Of a stretch of 64,000 nt of DNA, positions 49,611 to 62,045 are shown piece by piece. How positions within the stretch are numbered: position 1 is the first letter of the stretch; each line of letters opens with the position of its first letter. The notes under the pieces were generated by a model. It ran no database searches, was not told the origin of the DNA, and saw only the letters and a list, made by a program, of their open reading frames with translations. The stretch spans positions 2,046,001 through 2,110,000 of the forward strand of contig AP026126.1 of NCBI GenBank assembly GCA_030295235.1, in the 5' to 3' direction. The stretch is from Fistulifera solaris. Taxonomy: Eukaryota. The position numbers were made by a program, and so were the translations under genes.

Positions 49611-51493
49611 ATGCTTACACGAACAAAATCGGCGCTTCTGTTGCTGTATTGTGTGAGATGGCTCGGTCATTATGTTGGTGCCGATATGAATCACATGTTA
49701 TTTGTATGCAACGGCGGAGGCTACGTTGACTGCGATGCCGACAATGATGGACACCGAAGTTTAAATTGCGGTGGAACTGACTGCAATGATAATGATCCAA
49801 ATGTTTTTCCGGATAGTCAAGAAATTTGTGGTGACGACAAAGACAACAACTGCAACGGTCAAATCGATGAAGGATGTTTCGAACAAGGGGGATATTGTGT
49901 TCGTCATCAGACCGGCACAGTATGTCAAACCGATGTGGATTGCGGGGGAATATGTCTACAGGGGTATAAAGCTGGCTTTGTTTGTGCAGATGACTTGGAT
50001 TGTCCTCCGAATAGCGGTTTAGAGCGTGGGTTTTGTCGGTTTGCAGCTAAAGCATGCGATTCTTCTCCGGCGGCCATTCCGGTTCCCCGTCCTACCACTA
50101 TACCGTCACATGAGCCTTCGTCAAGTCCCATAGCATCTCCATCCACCGCGCCTTCTCCATTTCCGACGTCATCACCGGCTCCACATCCAGTTCCGTCTTC
50201 GGAACCTACGAGTCAACCAACAGAACGACCAACTCCGAAACCTTCATCGGCCCCATCACCTGGCGTTCCTTCGTCCGTACCGTCTTCAGCACCTACACAC
50301 GTAACATACTTTCCCGGTGATCTCACTGGTGGTTATCGGGCTGACTTGGGTTTGACTCTGTCGAGAGGCTTGCAAGGTCGACGACTCACACTGGGCGGAA
50401 GCCGTGTTACTTTGGCAAATAAATCGCGCTCTACACAAACCTTTCACACCAAAGCAGATGGCGCAGGGGTTATTTCTAAAGCAAACGGAAATGGATGGTA
50501 TTATGTATCGAATTCAGAAGTCGGTTCGAGCGGAGGAGGCGTGGGGGCCATAGAATTTAACGCCGCCGGGGAAGTGTTGGGATACAGACGTATCTTGACA
50601 GGTACTTCTCGGAATTGCGGAGGAGGACGAACGTATTGGGGAACTTGGATCACGTGCGAAGAGAATGGCGGGTCTGGACGTTTGTATGAAGTCGATCCCA
50701 ATACAGGCTACACGCAACAGATACGTGCCGTCGATGTGGGCGGAAACTGGGAGTCGTTCGCATACGATGATCAGGATCCAGATGTATCGGCCCGTTTTTA
50801 CATTGTACGTCTTACGCATCGTTGATTGTTGCATACCGTCCTGCAAATCGTTTAATGTTTTCTCATGCTCTCTACAAAGACGGAGGATTGGAGTTATGGC
50901 GCTTTGGTGCGTTACACACCCGCGCCAGCCGCATTTTGACTGGTAACAACTACGACATACTAAACACCGCTGGTGGAACGTATGAGTTCTTGGTGTTGCA
51001 CGCCAATGGTACCTATTCATGGTCGCCGAGTCGATCGGTAGGAGAGACTTCGGCCGAAACGTATTACCCCAACACGGAAGGCATTGATATATTCAATCGA
51101 CAAATGTTCTTTACCTCGAAAGCGACGAAAACATTGGTACAGGTCGATTTAGCAGGAAATACCTATTCGATCACATCGACGCTGTCGGGTCAATTTGATA
51201 TGGAACCAGACCAACTGGGACGAATATTAGAGTCTCGCGGCGGCAACAACGACGTGTTATACTTTTGCGAAGATGGCGGTACGGACTCCGACATTCATGG
51301 TCGTGATGCCACTGGAAAGTATTTCACAATTGTAGAAGGTACCGATTACAATACAGAGACGACAGGATTGACCTTTTCACCCGATGGGATGTTTCTGTAT
51401 GTTGCCTATCAAGGACCTTCATCGATTTTCGCGTTTTGGCGCGAGGATGGATTGCCTTTCTCCGGCATGATCGCCGGCACAAAATATCATTAA
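49611..51493 (+). CDS. Secreted PhoX-like phosphatase, paralog 2, with N-terminal Cys/Asp-rich module and Pro/Ser/Thr linker; intron 50805-50879; frameshift near 50935
   Basis: Same catalytic motifs and intron position as paralog 1, plus a MopE-like DCNDNDPNVFPDSQEICGDDKDNNCNGQIDEG repeat. Confidence 0.8.
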
Positions 51494-51807
51494 CAACGAA
51501 AGGTACGACTACAAACAATGGACTTGATAAATACATCGCATTCAAGTTGGGACTCCAGCTTCATGAATTGAGCGAACAACATTAGTGAAAGCATCATGAC
51601 TCATGACTGCAATTGCAGTCGTGGCGAAAGGTCGCTTACACAGTGGGTCTATACTTTGTAGAACGATAGACAGAAAGACACCACAAACGATGACGCGATC
51701 TCCTTTTGCCGGTTTTGCTTTTATTACGCCTTTGACACGCTTGTCCTGATGGACACTCTTTCTTCATTATTTTAAGATCCTAAAGTTAGAGAAGCTTTAC
51801 ATCTGCA

Positions 51808-52753
51808 ATGATTCGATCCGCTTTGTCCTACCAAGGCAAAAGAACTTTGTGCCGCAATGTCTACGGCGCATGTCTTCCTTAGTCAGCACGAGCGTTAGTA
51901 CAATTCATCCCGGCGTCGCTCATGTAATGATGCAGAGTCCTCCTGTCAATAGTTTATCCTTGTCATTGTAAGTAAAAATCATTAGTAGTGGGTGATGCAG
52001 CTCGCACGAGTCGCAACTCCGCTTTCCTCTCAACTTTCAAATACCTCTCGCTCTCGCCTCTACAGTTGCCAGGAACTCTCGCAGAACTTGCAAGCCCTTC
52101 ATAAAGACAAATCAATTGATATTATTCTGTTGCAGTCGGATCTTCCCGGTATTTTCTCAGCAGGACTCGATATCAAGGAATTTACGCAACCGAAGGAGCG
52201 ATTGATGGAGTTCTGGACAGCCTTTCAACAACTTTATATCGATTTGTATGGTGCTTCACAGACCACTATCGCCTGCTTGGAAGGTTCCGCCCCTGCGGCG
52301 GGGTGCATGTTGGCACTTTCATGCGATTATCGTATCATGACCAAGAACAACAAGGCCAAAATCGGTTTGAACGAAAGTTTGCTGGGGATCGCGGCGCCTC
52401 CATGGCTGGCACAACAAATGATTGATACAGTAGGCAGTCGCGTTGCTGAATTGAGTTTGTGGCGGGGTACTTTGTATGTACCAGAACAAGCTTTGGCCAT
52501 TGGCTTGGTGGATGAAGTGCATGAGAGTCCCCGAGAACGGGCTCTCGAACTCGCTGTGTCAGAGTTCCAAAAGATTCCGCGACAAGGGAGGGCGGTGAGT
52601 AAAACATTGACGCGCCGGAAGCGATTGGAACACTTTCATCAGGAGCGACAAGCGGATTTGGATCATTTTGTGAACTTTATCACACAAGATGCGGTACAAA
52701 CGCAATTGCGAGGGTATCTTCACCAGCTGGCCGCGAAAAAGAACCAAAAGTAA
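51808..52753 (+). CDS. ECI1: Enoyl-CoA delta isomerase (crotonase family), mitochondrial; intron 51968-52065; frameshift near 51840
   Basis: Motifs PPVNSLS, FSAGLDI, GSAPAAGCMLALSCDYRIM, IGLNESLLGIAAP and ALAIGLVDE. Confidence 0.85.
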
Positions 52754-52862
52754 GATATATAATACTACTAAAAATACAAGAATCAAGTTAAATATGGATG
52801 ATATAGTTCGCTTATGTTTGACTGTATGAGTAAGCATGATACCTTCGTTTCTTGTTTTCCTT

Positions 52863-53706
52863 TTACTTCGATTTTGAATTGGGCTTGAAGGTCGGGACGG
52901 GCTTGCGCTTGACACCACGCTTCTCCATCTCCGCCTTGAACTGGTGTACATTGCAGATTCCCGGAAAGAAATGAGGTTGACCGTTTTGATAGCTATCAAA
53001 GGCAGCAAACCATCTGTTCCATTTCCATTCTGGCGTCTCGGTTTCTTTGAAATAACAAATCACAGGGAATTGTTCACTAGGAAAGAAGCCGTAGTTGATA
53101 ATGGAATCATATTTCCAACGATTTCTGGTACCGGCAACGTAGTTGTCTGGTTTAATTTCAAGCGCTGTAAGCCGGGACCCTTGAGATTGTAAAACTCAAA
53201 GGCATCCTTTTCAAAGACACAACGAACACGACGAGTTTGAACTCCCAACAGAGCGGCAAACAATAAGTGAAAGAGACCTCCGGAAACCCCAATGATCGAA
53301 GGACCTTCCGTGTAAGCTTAATCAATGAAAACACGAGGAAAGAAAAGTGAGACAAATATTAACTTGAGCGCATAAAAGTGGGCAGTTTGAAATGTTCGAC
53401 TTACAAGGATGATACCAAATGATCAGAGGGCACAGAAGCGCGACGCCGATCGTCAAGAAATAATCCGGCTCAATCATAACGTCGGGCATTGTGAGTCGTT
53501 CCATCCAATTCGGAGTGTAGGTGGCAACTGGCTTCGTTTGATGTTCGCCTTTGCGGGGAATGGCCTTGTCATACGGATCACTATTCGGCAGCAAAGAATT
53601 CGACACCGCCAACTGTGTCGTCGAAAGCGGAGCGATGCGGCTAGGCGAAAAGGCCATCGCGGCGCCTGTAAACAAAAAGAAAAAAGGTAGCAACACAGGG
53701 CTTCAT
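52863..53706 (-). CDS. Plastid-targeted DUF3119-like membrane protein; intron ~53314-53405; several small frameshifts
   Basis: Bipartite presequence AMA-FSP. Segments LLGVQTRRVRCVFEKDAFE, (N)RWKY, FPVICYFKETET and HFFPGI. Confidence 0.6.
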
Positions 53707-54156
53707 GCTTCTTACAACAAAGTCAAATGGAAATGAAAAAGGAAAAGATCCGAAAAGTGATGATGGGGTGAAAAATCGAAAAAATCCGTGTTGTGGAAGC
53801 CTTTTCTCCCTTTCTTGAATGATGTTGTGTCCTTGCCGGAAACAGGGCTATAGAAGAATGGAGTAGGCAGGTTCCTTCGTAGTAGCCACGGCACAACATG
53901 CAAGATGCAAGATGGCAAACCGTGACAGATTGCACTTACCTATTGACTTTCTGTTCGACGGTCGTTCTTTTCTTGTTCTAAGGTGAGCTCTCAAGTATAG
54001 TAACATCGGAAACCGAAATCGTCAGTTTGTGTCGTCCAGTTGTAGTTTCTGACACGGATTTCGGATTCGTATCATAGGCTATGTAGTACCGGTAAGATTT
54101 TAAATTTTACTCTGGAGTACCTTTTATCGTCTTTCGTCGAAGCTACCAGGAAAGGA

Positions 54157-54221
54157 CGTTAAAATTCTGCCTCCCAGTACAAGATTCTACGTAGCGTCAA
54201 CGACGAGGCAGAATTTTAACG
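54157..54221. mobile_element. 65 bp MITE-like hairpin element, copy 1
   Basis: 17 bp perfect terminal inverted repeats CGTTAAAATTCTGCCTC / GAGGCAGAATTTTAACG; a second copy lies at 62583-62647. Confidence 0.6.
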
Positions 54222-55625
54222 CCGCTCCCAGTATGTTTTATGAGTGGGAGGTGGGAGGACTCACGATTCACGAGTCTTTATGAGTAATCGTCATGAATGA
54301 ATAGATGGAAGCAAAGAAAGTAAACAGTACCAGGTATTGGTAATGTGCATCAGTATGTAAAAGCAATCAATGTTTGTTGTTGACTTGTAAATTTCTTTAG
54401 ACGTAGGTGAAATAACGACTTCTCAACTAAGAGTCACTTTTACTCGGATCTACGCCAAGAAACTGCCCTATGCACTACGTAGACATGTGGTTAAAAGTGA
54501 ATAAGAGAATAATTTTAATAAGCTCAATTAATAGTGCCGTTGTATTGAATGATTGCTTCTGTCAAACTGACTCAATCCCACCACGTAACTTTAATCTAAA
54601 CTTTACTCGTGTTTGAAGGATCTAGTTCAACACGGGATACATTCTGTGTCTCACTGGTATCTCAGCGGTATTGACTCTAAATAACAAAAGGAGCTCGTCT
54701 AGTACATAAACACCAAAATCTATACAATCCGGAGTCTTGAATGAATTTCAGTCTTACCAATGTTCGAAGAACACTCTGGGAGGATTCGGAATATTGGGAC
54801 AACGACGCAATCATCGGAAAGATGTGACGAGAACTGCCCCATAAAACTAGGGATGAGGCGAGCAAGAACATATACCTTCGATAATCCTCTGGATCTTAAT
54901 ATTCAAAGGAACTACCTACCCTAGTTTTTAAGTTTCACGACTCACGACTGGAGGTCTATCATGATCATGAGTTGTCACGGGTCACGAGCCATTGTGCTTT
55001 ACGTTTTATTGCGTCATTTCTGTGGTCGTTGAGTTCACGCTTCGCATTTCTCAGGCATCAGGCATAATCAAAAGAACATGATGCATTCCCGTTGGGTTAT
55101 CGACTACAGAGGATTTATTTAGCCTATATTATTGCCCTTTAGATGTGCTGTTGCATTCCAAATAAGCCTGATAAAAACGAAGTATAGCCTGGGCCAAAGG
55201 AAGGCTTTGCTGGACTGCACTTATGTGCATGTTTAGTTTCAGAATTAAATCTAGAAATCCAGGTCATGGGCTTAACTAATCCCTGTCTTGATGAATTCGA
55301 ACTCTTTTTGCAAAAAAATAGAGTTTGACAAAACGCTAGATACAAAAGATGTCCTGAAAGGAAGTTTTGATTTTGCAGGAGCTCGCATTGCACCTGACTT
55401 CTTATTGACTCACTGGAAAGTTTGCAAGATGATGTTTTGATAGTGAAGTACTCTTTTTCGGATTTGATCGGGAATGAACGAATGAACGACGTCGCAGTCA
55501 TTCTACCTTTTTACGGGCGATACAAGTTGCGGCCTAAGACGCCGAAAGAATAACAATCCTTCTTCATTATTTTTTCGTTCGCCCAAACCTTTTTTGTCTT
55601 TGTCAAAGCATTCTGCGATTTGAAG

Positions 55626-57772
55626 ATGAAAGTGTTGTCTATTCTTCTTCTCCTTCTTCCAGCGACTGTCTTTGCAGCAGAATGCGAAGAAGAGCTTTGT
55701 ATTCCAACGGGAAAAGCGTGCTTGGGATCTCCTGATGAGTGCTGTGACGGCTTGGGATGTTTCGGTTACGCTTTCTTCAAGAAATGTCAGCCTCCGCCCG
55801 CTTGTGTAGGTGAATGGATGGATTGCAGCTCCGGTATGAAATGCTGTGACGAGCTGATTTGCGCCCAACTCAATAACGGACACTACGAATGTCAACATAA
55901 AACGCTCGACGTGAAGGAAGCCGATTTGGTGGAGATCAACGATGAGGCTCCGCCTACTGCCGCTCCTACATCGACTCCTGTCAAGCAAAAGAACCTTGTT
56001 ACGACGCATAAAGGAGATCCTGTTACCACAAGCATCGGCTGCAGCTTAGGCGATCCGGTAAGTTGTGTCATTGCTTATCTCGAAACCCTTTTTTCCTTAT
56101 GATAGCGTTCCCTCACAACGACGCTTTCCTATCCCGTTTAGCACATTTACAACTTTAACGGCTTAGCACACGATTGCCAAGCTTCTGGGGAGTTTGTTTT
56201 GACGAAGTCGACGATTACGCAGCGCCAGGTTCAGATTCACATGGACCATTTCGGAGATCGCTTCAGTCCCGGCTTTGCTTGGGCTGTCACAAAAGGAGTT
56301 GTCGTGCAAGACGAAGGAGATACGCCTCTCGTACAGATCAGTGTGCCCATGGTAGAGAGCACATTTGCTCCGAATATTTTCACACAGCGTCAGTGCAAGA
56401 TTCTCTTTTACGTGGATGGTGTTCAGCGAGATTTGAATGCGGGTAGCGGAAATCCTGCTGTTCAAGTCACATACAAAGGCCCCAACATTGAAGTGCTTTA
56501 CGTGAAGAGTAAGATGAAGGTCACTGTGAATATCGGATGGGCTGAGGGTTGTTACATTAATGTCTGCGCTTTTGTGCCGAGTAAGTAAAGAATGGCGATG
56601 ATTCTGCCGCAGATCAAGTGTGGTCTCTCACATTCCACCTTTCTCTGCAACAGACACGGATACGATGGTCGGACTTTTGGGAAGCGCTGATGGCAATAAC
56701 GCCAACGATTGGACCACCCCAACGGGTACAATCTTGCCTATCCCGGATTCACTTCAAGCGCGCATGGGAAAAGCTGGATACGATTACTGCACCAAGAACT
56801 GGTGCATTCGAAATGAAGAAGACTCATTGTTTGTACATGCCGAGAATGGCGTTGAATTCAGTGACTTGATGAAATGCAATCTTCCATTTGGTGATACCAT
56901 GGAAGAATATCTTGAGAAAGTAGACGCATCAATTCTCGATTTTTGCGGACGCCAATTTGCAGTGCATTACGGACGCACAGCTTTTCTGGACTCGAGTCGG
57001 CCAAAACGACTCTCGCCAGTCAGGCAGCTTTGGCAGCCACGTGCAATACTGCAGGAGGTGAATGTTCGACTTCAAAGTGCTGCGATGGACTAATGTGCGT
57101 CGAAAAGAACGGATTCTTGAAAGAATGTCAACCGGCGCTCCCTACCTGCAAGCTCGAGTTCGGCGATTGTTCCAAGACTCCCTGCTGTGGCAATCTCGTC
57201 TGTCAAGAGAATAACGCGGGTGAAATGCAATGCCGAGATATTCCGCCATGCAAGACCGAGGCTGGTGACTGCAGTCAAACCGGTTGCTGCACGGGCTTGA
57301 CATGTGTGACGAAAGCGGACGGGGCCAAACACTGTATGAAACTCCCGCAATGCATGAGTCGATGGAACGATTGCAGTCTCGGCGTTGCTTGTTGCGCCGG
57401 GCTCAAATGCAACAAGGATAAGCAATGCGTCGATAATCCAGTGTGCCACGATCGCGAATGGCGCGATTGTTCGAAACACCTTGCTGCGACCCGCTTACTT
57501 GTGTCGCCGAACCTGATGGTCGCAAAGTTTGTAAACAATTGCCTTCTTGTATGAAGGTGTGGCAGCCATGTGACTACAGGGGATGTTGCCAGGATGGCGA
57601 CAAGCCATTGGAATGCGTCAAATTTACCGACCAAACAGGACGAGCCGCTTCGCAGTGTCAACCAGCCTGTGCCGCCAACTGGGGCGAATGCGGCCCCACG
57701 CGTGGTTGCTGCAACGCTCCCAAGCACACCTGTAAAAAACACCGTGATGGACGTATGCTTTGCATGCCTTGA
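55626..57772 (+). CDS. Secreted GDPH/VWD-domain protein with nine six-cysteine (C-C-CC-C-C) modules; introns ~56058-56140 and ~56583-56653; frameshifts ~56955 and ~57475
   Basis: Signal peptide; CSLGDP|HIYNFNGLAHDCQASGEFVL across the intron; GLLGSADG; repeated knottin-like Cys spacing. Confidence 0.75.
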
Positions 57773-58080
57773 GACGGCTAGATGCATTCAGCCTCCGCTA
57801 CATACGATTGCGGCCCGATAGTTTCATATGTATATGTATTCAATAGAATCATGATTGATCACAGACTGCTTTGCTCTAGATTTTCTTATCAGAAAGATTG
57901 TTACGTACCGTCTTTGGCCTTTTCATTTATGAAAGGAGTAGCAAATATGCGTAAAAATACAACCACAATTTTTTATGAGAGTTAGTCTCAGATTACACTC
58001 GTATGGTGCGGACTTGCGCGTCCTCTCAAGTAGAGTACTGGTAAAGCAATAAAACTTAGGACGCGTTACGAACACAGGCG

Positions 58081-59084
58081 TTACGGCTGCAGCCCTTCCT
58101 TAGTTTCGCCTGCACCCTGTCTATGCAAACTAACCGGTAGCAAGGATTGATCTGGATTGTAGGCACTTGCCGGTGCTAGCATACTCCGACTTTGAGTAGG
58201 CGGACGTGCTTCATACGCAACATGAAATTCCGAGATACAACCAAGAGGGACCTTAGCGGCCAGTATTCTCCCAGGTTCGTCCGGTACAGATACATGCAAC
58301 GTTGTGCCGGCCGTAGCGCCGGGTGGGATCTGAACCAACAGCAACTTTTGTCCCGAAGGCGTGGATTTGTTCACTAATGTTGACGGCGCTTGCTGGGGCG
58401 GAGACGCGCGCTGTGGCAAGTGATGAGGTATATACGGTGATTGAAATTCTTCCTTTTGCGTTATCGTCGGTGTGTATGCAACGTGAAACGACGTCACACC
58501 TGCCGGTATTTTTGCGGCGACCGTTCGGAATTCTCCAGGTATTTCGACATGGATAGTTGATCCAGGCCGTACACCTTCCGGAACGTGAACAAGAAGAAGC
58601 TTTTGTGTACACCCCAATGGTTTATCCTCGTTGTACAATTGTTCTTCCACGCTTGTAGTTAACTTCTCATCTTCTTCCAGCGACCCTTCATCCGACGACA
58701 GATCATTGAGTTGCTCGGGCTCCGTCTCCTTGCTCGAAATAGCATTATTGCCTCCTTGTGATTCGGGCTGGACTCGCTCAGGACGGACTCCGTCAGCAAT
58801 AGGAAGGGAAGTCGATGTATTGGAGGGAAAACGAACTAAAAATGTATCACCTTCACTCAACCCCATGGGAACGATGGCAGTGACAGTTTCGTTACCATCG
58901 GGAGATCTCACAGTCAATGTGTCATTTTCGTTGACTCCGGGCGGTATGGTGACTATAGAAGCAAATCAAACGACCGCATTAGTCGCTAATTGCACACATC
59001 TACAGAGACAACCTCTAAACTTACCCGACACTATGAGTTCCGAAGAGGGAACAGTCGCTACAACAGTTTTTTTGTCGAATTCAT
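58081..59084 (-). CDS. Hypothetical protein with repeated V/I-P-x-G beta modules; intron ~58955-59024
   Basis: Repeats TIPPGVNENDTLTV, IVPMGLSEGDTFLV, VHVPEGVRPGSTIHV and VQIPPGATAGTTLHV. The 5' exon needs a homopolymer correction. Confidence 0.55.
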
Positions 59085-59933
59085 CGACTTGAATGGTCTC
59101 AAAGTCCGAAAGGATCGGTTCAAGAGGATCGCAGCACCAAACCATTCTGTTTCTCGCGTTTCTTCGAAATGGTTAATCAGAGAGATGTAATGCAGATATT
59201 TTTCAAATTCTTTGATGTCAAGGTGCCGATGAATGCTTTGCGCTTTCCTCACTGCGTTGCATTTCGGCCCTTGCTGCGTTGAGAATTCAAAGCGAAGTTC
59301 AGTGAGGGTGATAGATGGTAATGGCAAAATAAATTTAGCGATAAATGCTTCCTAAGTATTTACCATTGGTTCTTAAGTATCCTTGGCAGACCAGACGTTG
59401 AAGTCGCGATTTCTCCATTTGTATTGCGGTTTAGAGGCCAACGTGACTTTCAAATTCCTAGTGTACCAGTACCGCTCCTACTCTTACTATCGAATCTTTC
59501 GCGGACGGCAACCAGAAACCAGAATGAATCGTGACCCAAACTGTACTTGACTGATGGGTGTGTACGTCAGTCCTGGCTCCTGCCCAAAATCTATCGTTCT
59601 CGTCTTGGTGAGAACGCTCTCTTTGGTGGCGTTGTCGTGCCTTTATATCAACCCATCATCATTACAAAATATTCAGCTAGTATGAGGAACAAGCAACTTT
59701 GGCGTAGTCTAATGGTAGTGCCTGGTAACGATGTAAGCCGAAGTGGACACACCTAGCGTCGCACGAACGTTACCAGGTAATGAAAAGTCGTCGTCGAGCA
59801 CATCCAATTTACGTGCATTGCCTACAAAGATAACCAATAACCATAATTCGTCGAAAAAAAGGTTTTCAAGAGTTATATCTCAGTTCTAGCTTCTTCAATG
59901 TATTATTCTTGTGATTTGAACGCGAGAATCAAT

Positions 59934-60260
59934 TTAGAGCTTGCTGACAAAGTCAATGACCTCCTGTACGGTGGAGATGTTGGCGGCCTCCTCTTCAGGG
60001 ATTTCGCAGTCGAATTCCTCTTCAATGGCCATGATCAATTCAACAGTGTCGAGAGAGTCGGCACCCAAGTCATCGATGAAGGTGGCAGATGGAACAACCT
60101 TATCAGCATCAACACCAAGTTGAGAGACAATGATCTCCTTCACTCGGTCTTCGGCGGCACCGAAAAGGGCCATGCCGGGACGGGCAACGAAGGCCGGTCG
60201 GGCAGGGGTGAAAGCGGAAGCACCGGCGATCAAAAGAGTAGCAACAGTCTTGAACATCAT
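59934..60260 (-). CDS. acpP: Nuclear-encoded plastid acyl carrier protein
   Basis: Signal peptide plus ASA-FTP transit motif; phosphopantetheine site [20 protein letters not shown]. Confidence 0.93.
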   Translation of the reverse strand: MMFKTVATLLIAGASAFTPARPAFVARPGMALFGAAEDRVKEIIVSQLGVDADKVVPSATFIDDLGADSLDTVELIMAIEEEFDCEIPEEEAANISTVQEVIDFVSKL

Positions 60261-61676
60261 CGTGAAAGTATTTGAGTGTAGCAAAAAGGAAGATCAATTT
60301 TGTGCAATCGTTCGACGATGAACGGAGAGGATGGTGTTCCGTTTTGTCGACGTACGCATGCGAGCGAGCGGCTTAGCAACGGGCCACGGTGTCCGATCTC
60401 CTACGTCAAAGGAGTTACGTAGGGTTTGTAGCGGGTCGCCGTATGCACACTAACTCCAAGAGTAAGCAAAGTACGGTACGGTAAAGGTGCATGCGGCATG
60501 CGGTACCTCCCAAAGGTTGCGATACGATAAAAACGATACGAACGATGACGTAGGCACCCGTTTGTACGTCATGCGTTATTCGTGACTCAACGTCCTGTCG
60601 CAAGACAGAATTTTCCTCCCGCTCCTGCTCCGCTCTCCTCATTCTTGCATTTGAAACTTGGCGACGACAGACGACAGCTCTCGAGAGACAAAAGCTTGTA
60701 GCAGGATATTTCCCAGCAAATCGAAAGAGGGGAATTCGAGATTTGAGTCGATCAATCGAGGAGAAGTGTTTTTCAAGTGTTATTGGGGCATTGGGGCTAT
60801 ACGAACTACGAACAGAAAACTCTAGCTCACAATCCACAATGATAAAAGATACAAGTAATAATTAAAGATAAATGTTATAAATTCCATTCCTCCTTGCACT
60901 AAATGATTGGTATCGAGGAGGATTTGCCTGTTGTTGTTTCTTGTCTCTTCGCCATTTGGAGCTGTGTACTGTGATGCTAATAGCTGATACCTGACCTACG
61001 AAATTATGTATTTCGTAGCTTTCAAATGCTAGAGCTACAAGCTACAAGATTATATCGCTCAAAATAACGATTGTTTCCCACGAATTTTCAAGAATCTCAT
61101 GATTCATCGCTCGTCGGAGCTCTGTGCTCTGTGCGTAACTTGAACTTGATAATTAGAAATAAAGCAATGCGACCAATAAACAATAACCTTCTCATTCTCA
61201 CTTCTCACTTGCAACTTATTTAAGACATAAATGATAAATGCTAAAACAAAGACTCAAGACTGTATCAATAATTTTTAACCCTCCAATAATTTCTGTAGCA
61301 TTTTCTGCTCGGGAAACTTCAAGGCTCCAAGGTTCGCCGGTCGCTGGTCGAGGTATGAACTAAGAAATACAGAAGTACAGTATCGTACTGAACACTGAAC
61401 ACTGAACAGGCTTTTAGTTTTTAGTAAACCTTGGGTCATGGTCATAGGTCGTCGCTGTAGCTGGTCGTTGGTCGCTCGCCAGTATGTCGTAAAGGATGTA
61501 CTGAGTATACTGCGTACTTTACTATCAAGTGTGATGGGCTCCGTGATTTCTTTGAGAACAAACAATGTTCTCCCCGAATTAAGATGATGATTCTTCCTTT
61601 CGTTTTCCTCTCTCTTCCTTCATGAAAACGAATCGCATCATCATAAATTGGCAACTTGTCGCACCTTGTTTCAATC

Positions 61677-62045
61677 ATGGGCGGTTTCGCAAATAATTCC
61701 CTCACCACCAACGACAATCGTAGTCTTGACAGTGCACTTCTGACAGCCGCTCTGGCAACAGACTCGTCGACAGCGACTCATCGTTTATTTCCAGAGTCTG
61801 GACGAGCGCTCACTAACATCGAGCGACGTGAGAGACTCATTGCCATTCTAGATGAAGCGCTTTTTGTCATCAACGTCTCGAATGCTCTGATGTCAAGAAT
61901 TCCTCAAGCACCGATCACGCAGGCCTCCCCCCTTCCCTCACGACTGAGACAATTTATCTTCAATGAATGTTCTTCTGCTCGACCCACAAATTTGATTCAC
62001 CTTTTGAAAGTGGCTCTTTTGTATATTGTCCTAGTTTGGATGTAA
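61677..62045 (+). CDS. Small hypothetical protein
   Basis: ORF with an amphipathic ERRERLIAILDEAL segment; no other support. Confidence 0.3.
   Translation: MGGFANNSLTTNDNRSLDSALLTAALATDSSTATHRLFPESGRALTNIERRERLIAILDEALFVINVSNALMSRIPQAPITQASPLPSRLRQFIFNECSSARPTNLIHLLKVALLYIVLVWM

Noticed and set aside
55139..55501. 120 aa ORF in a seemingly CpG-poor patch
   Set aside because: No recognisable homology, and the CpG depletion was not quantified.
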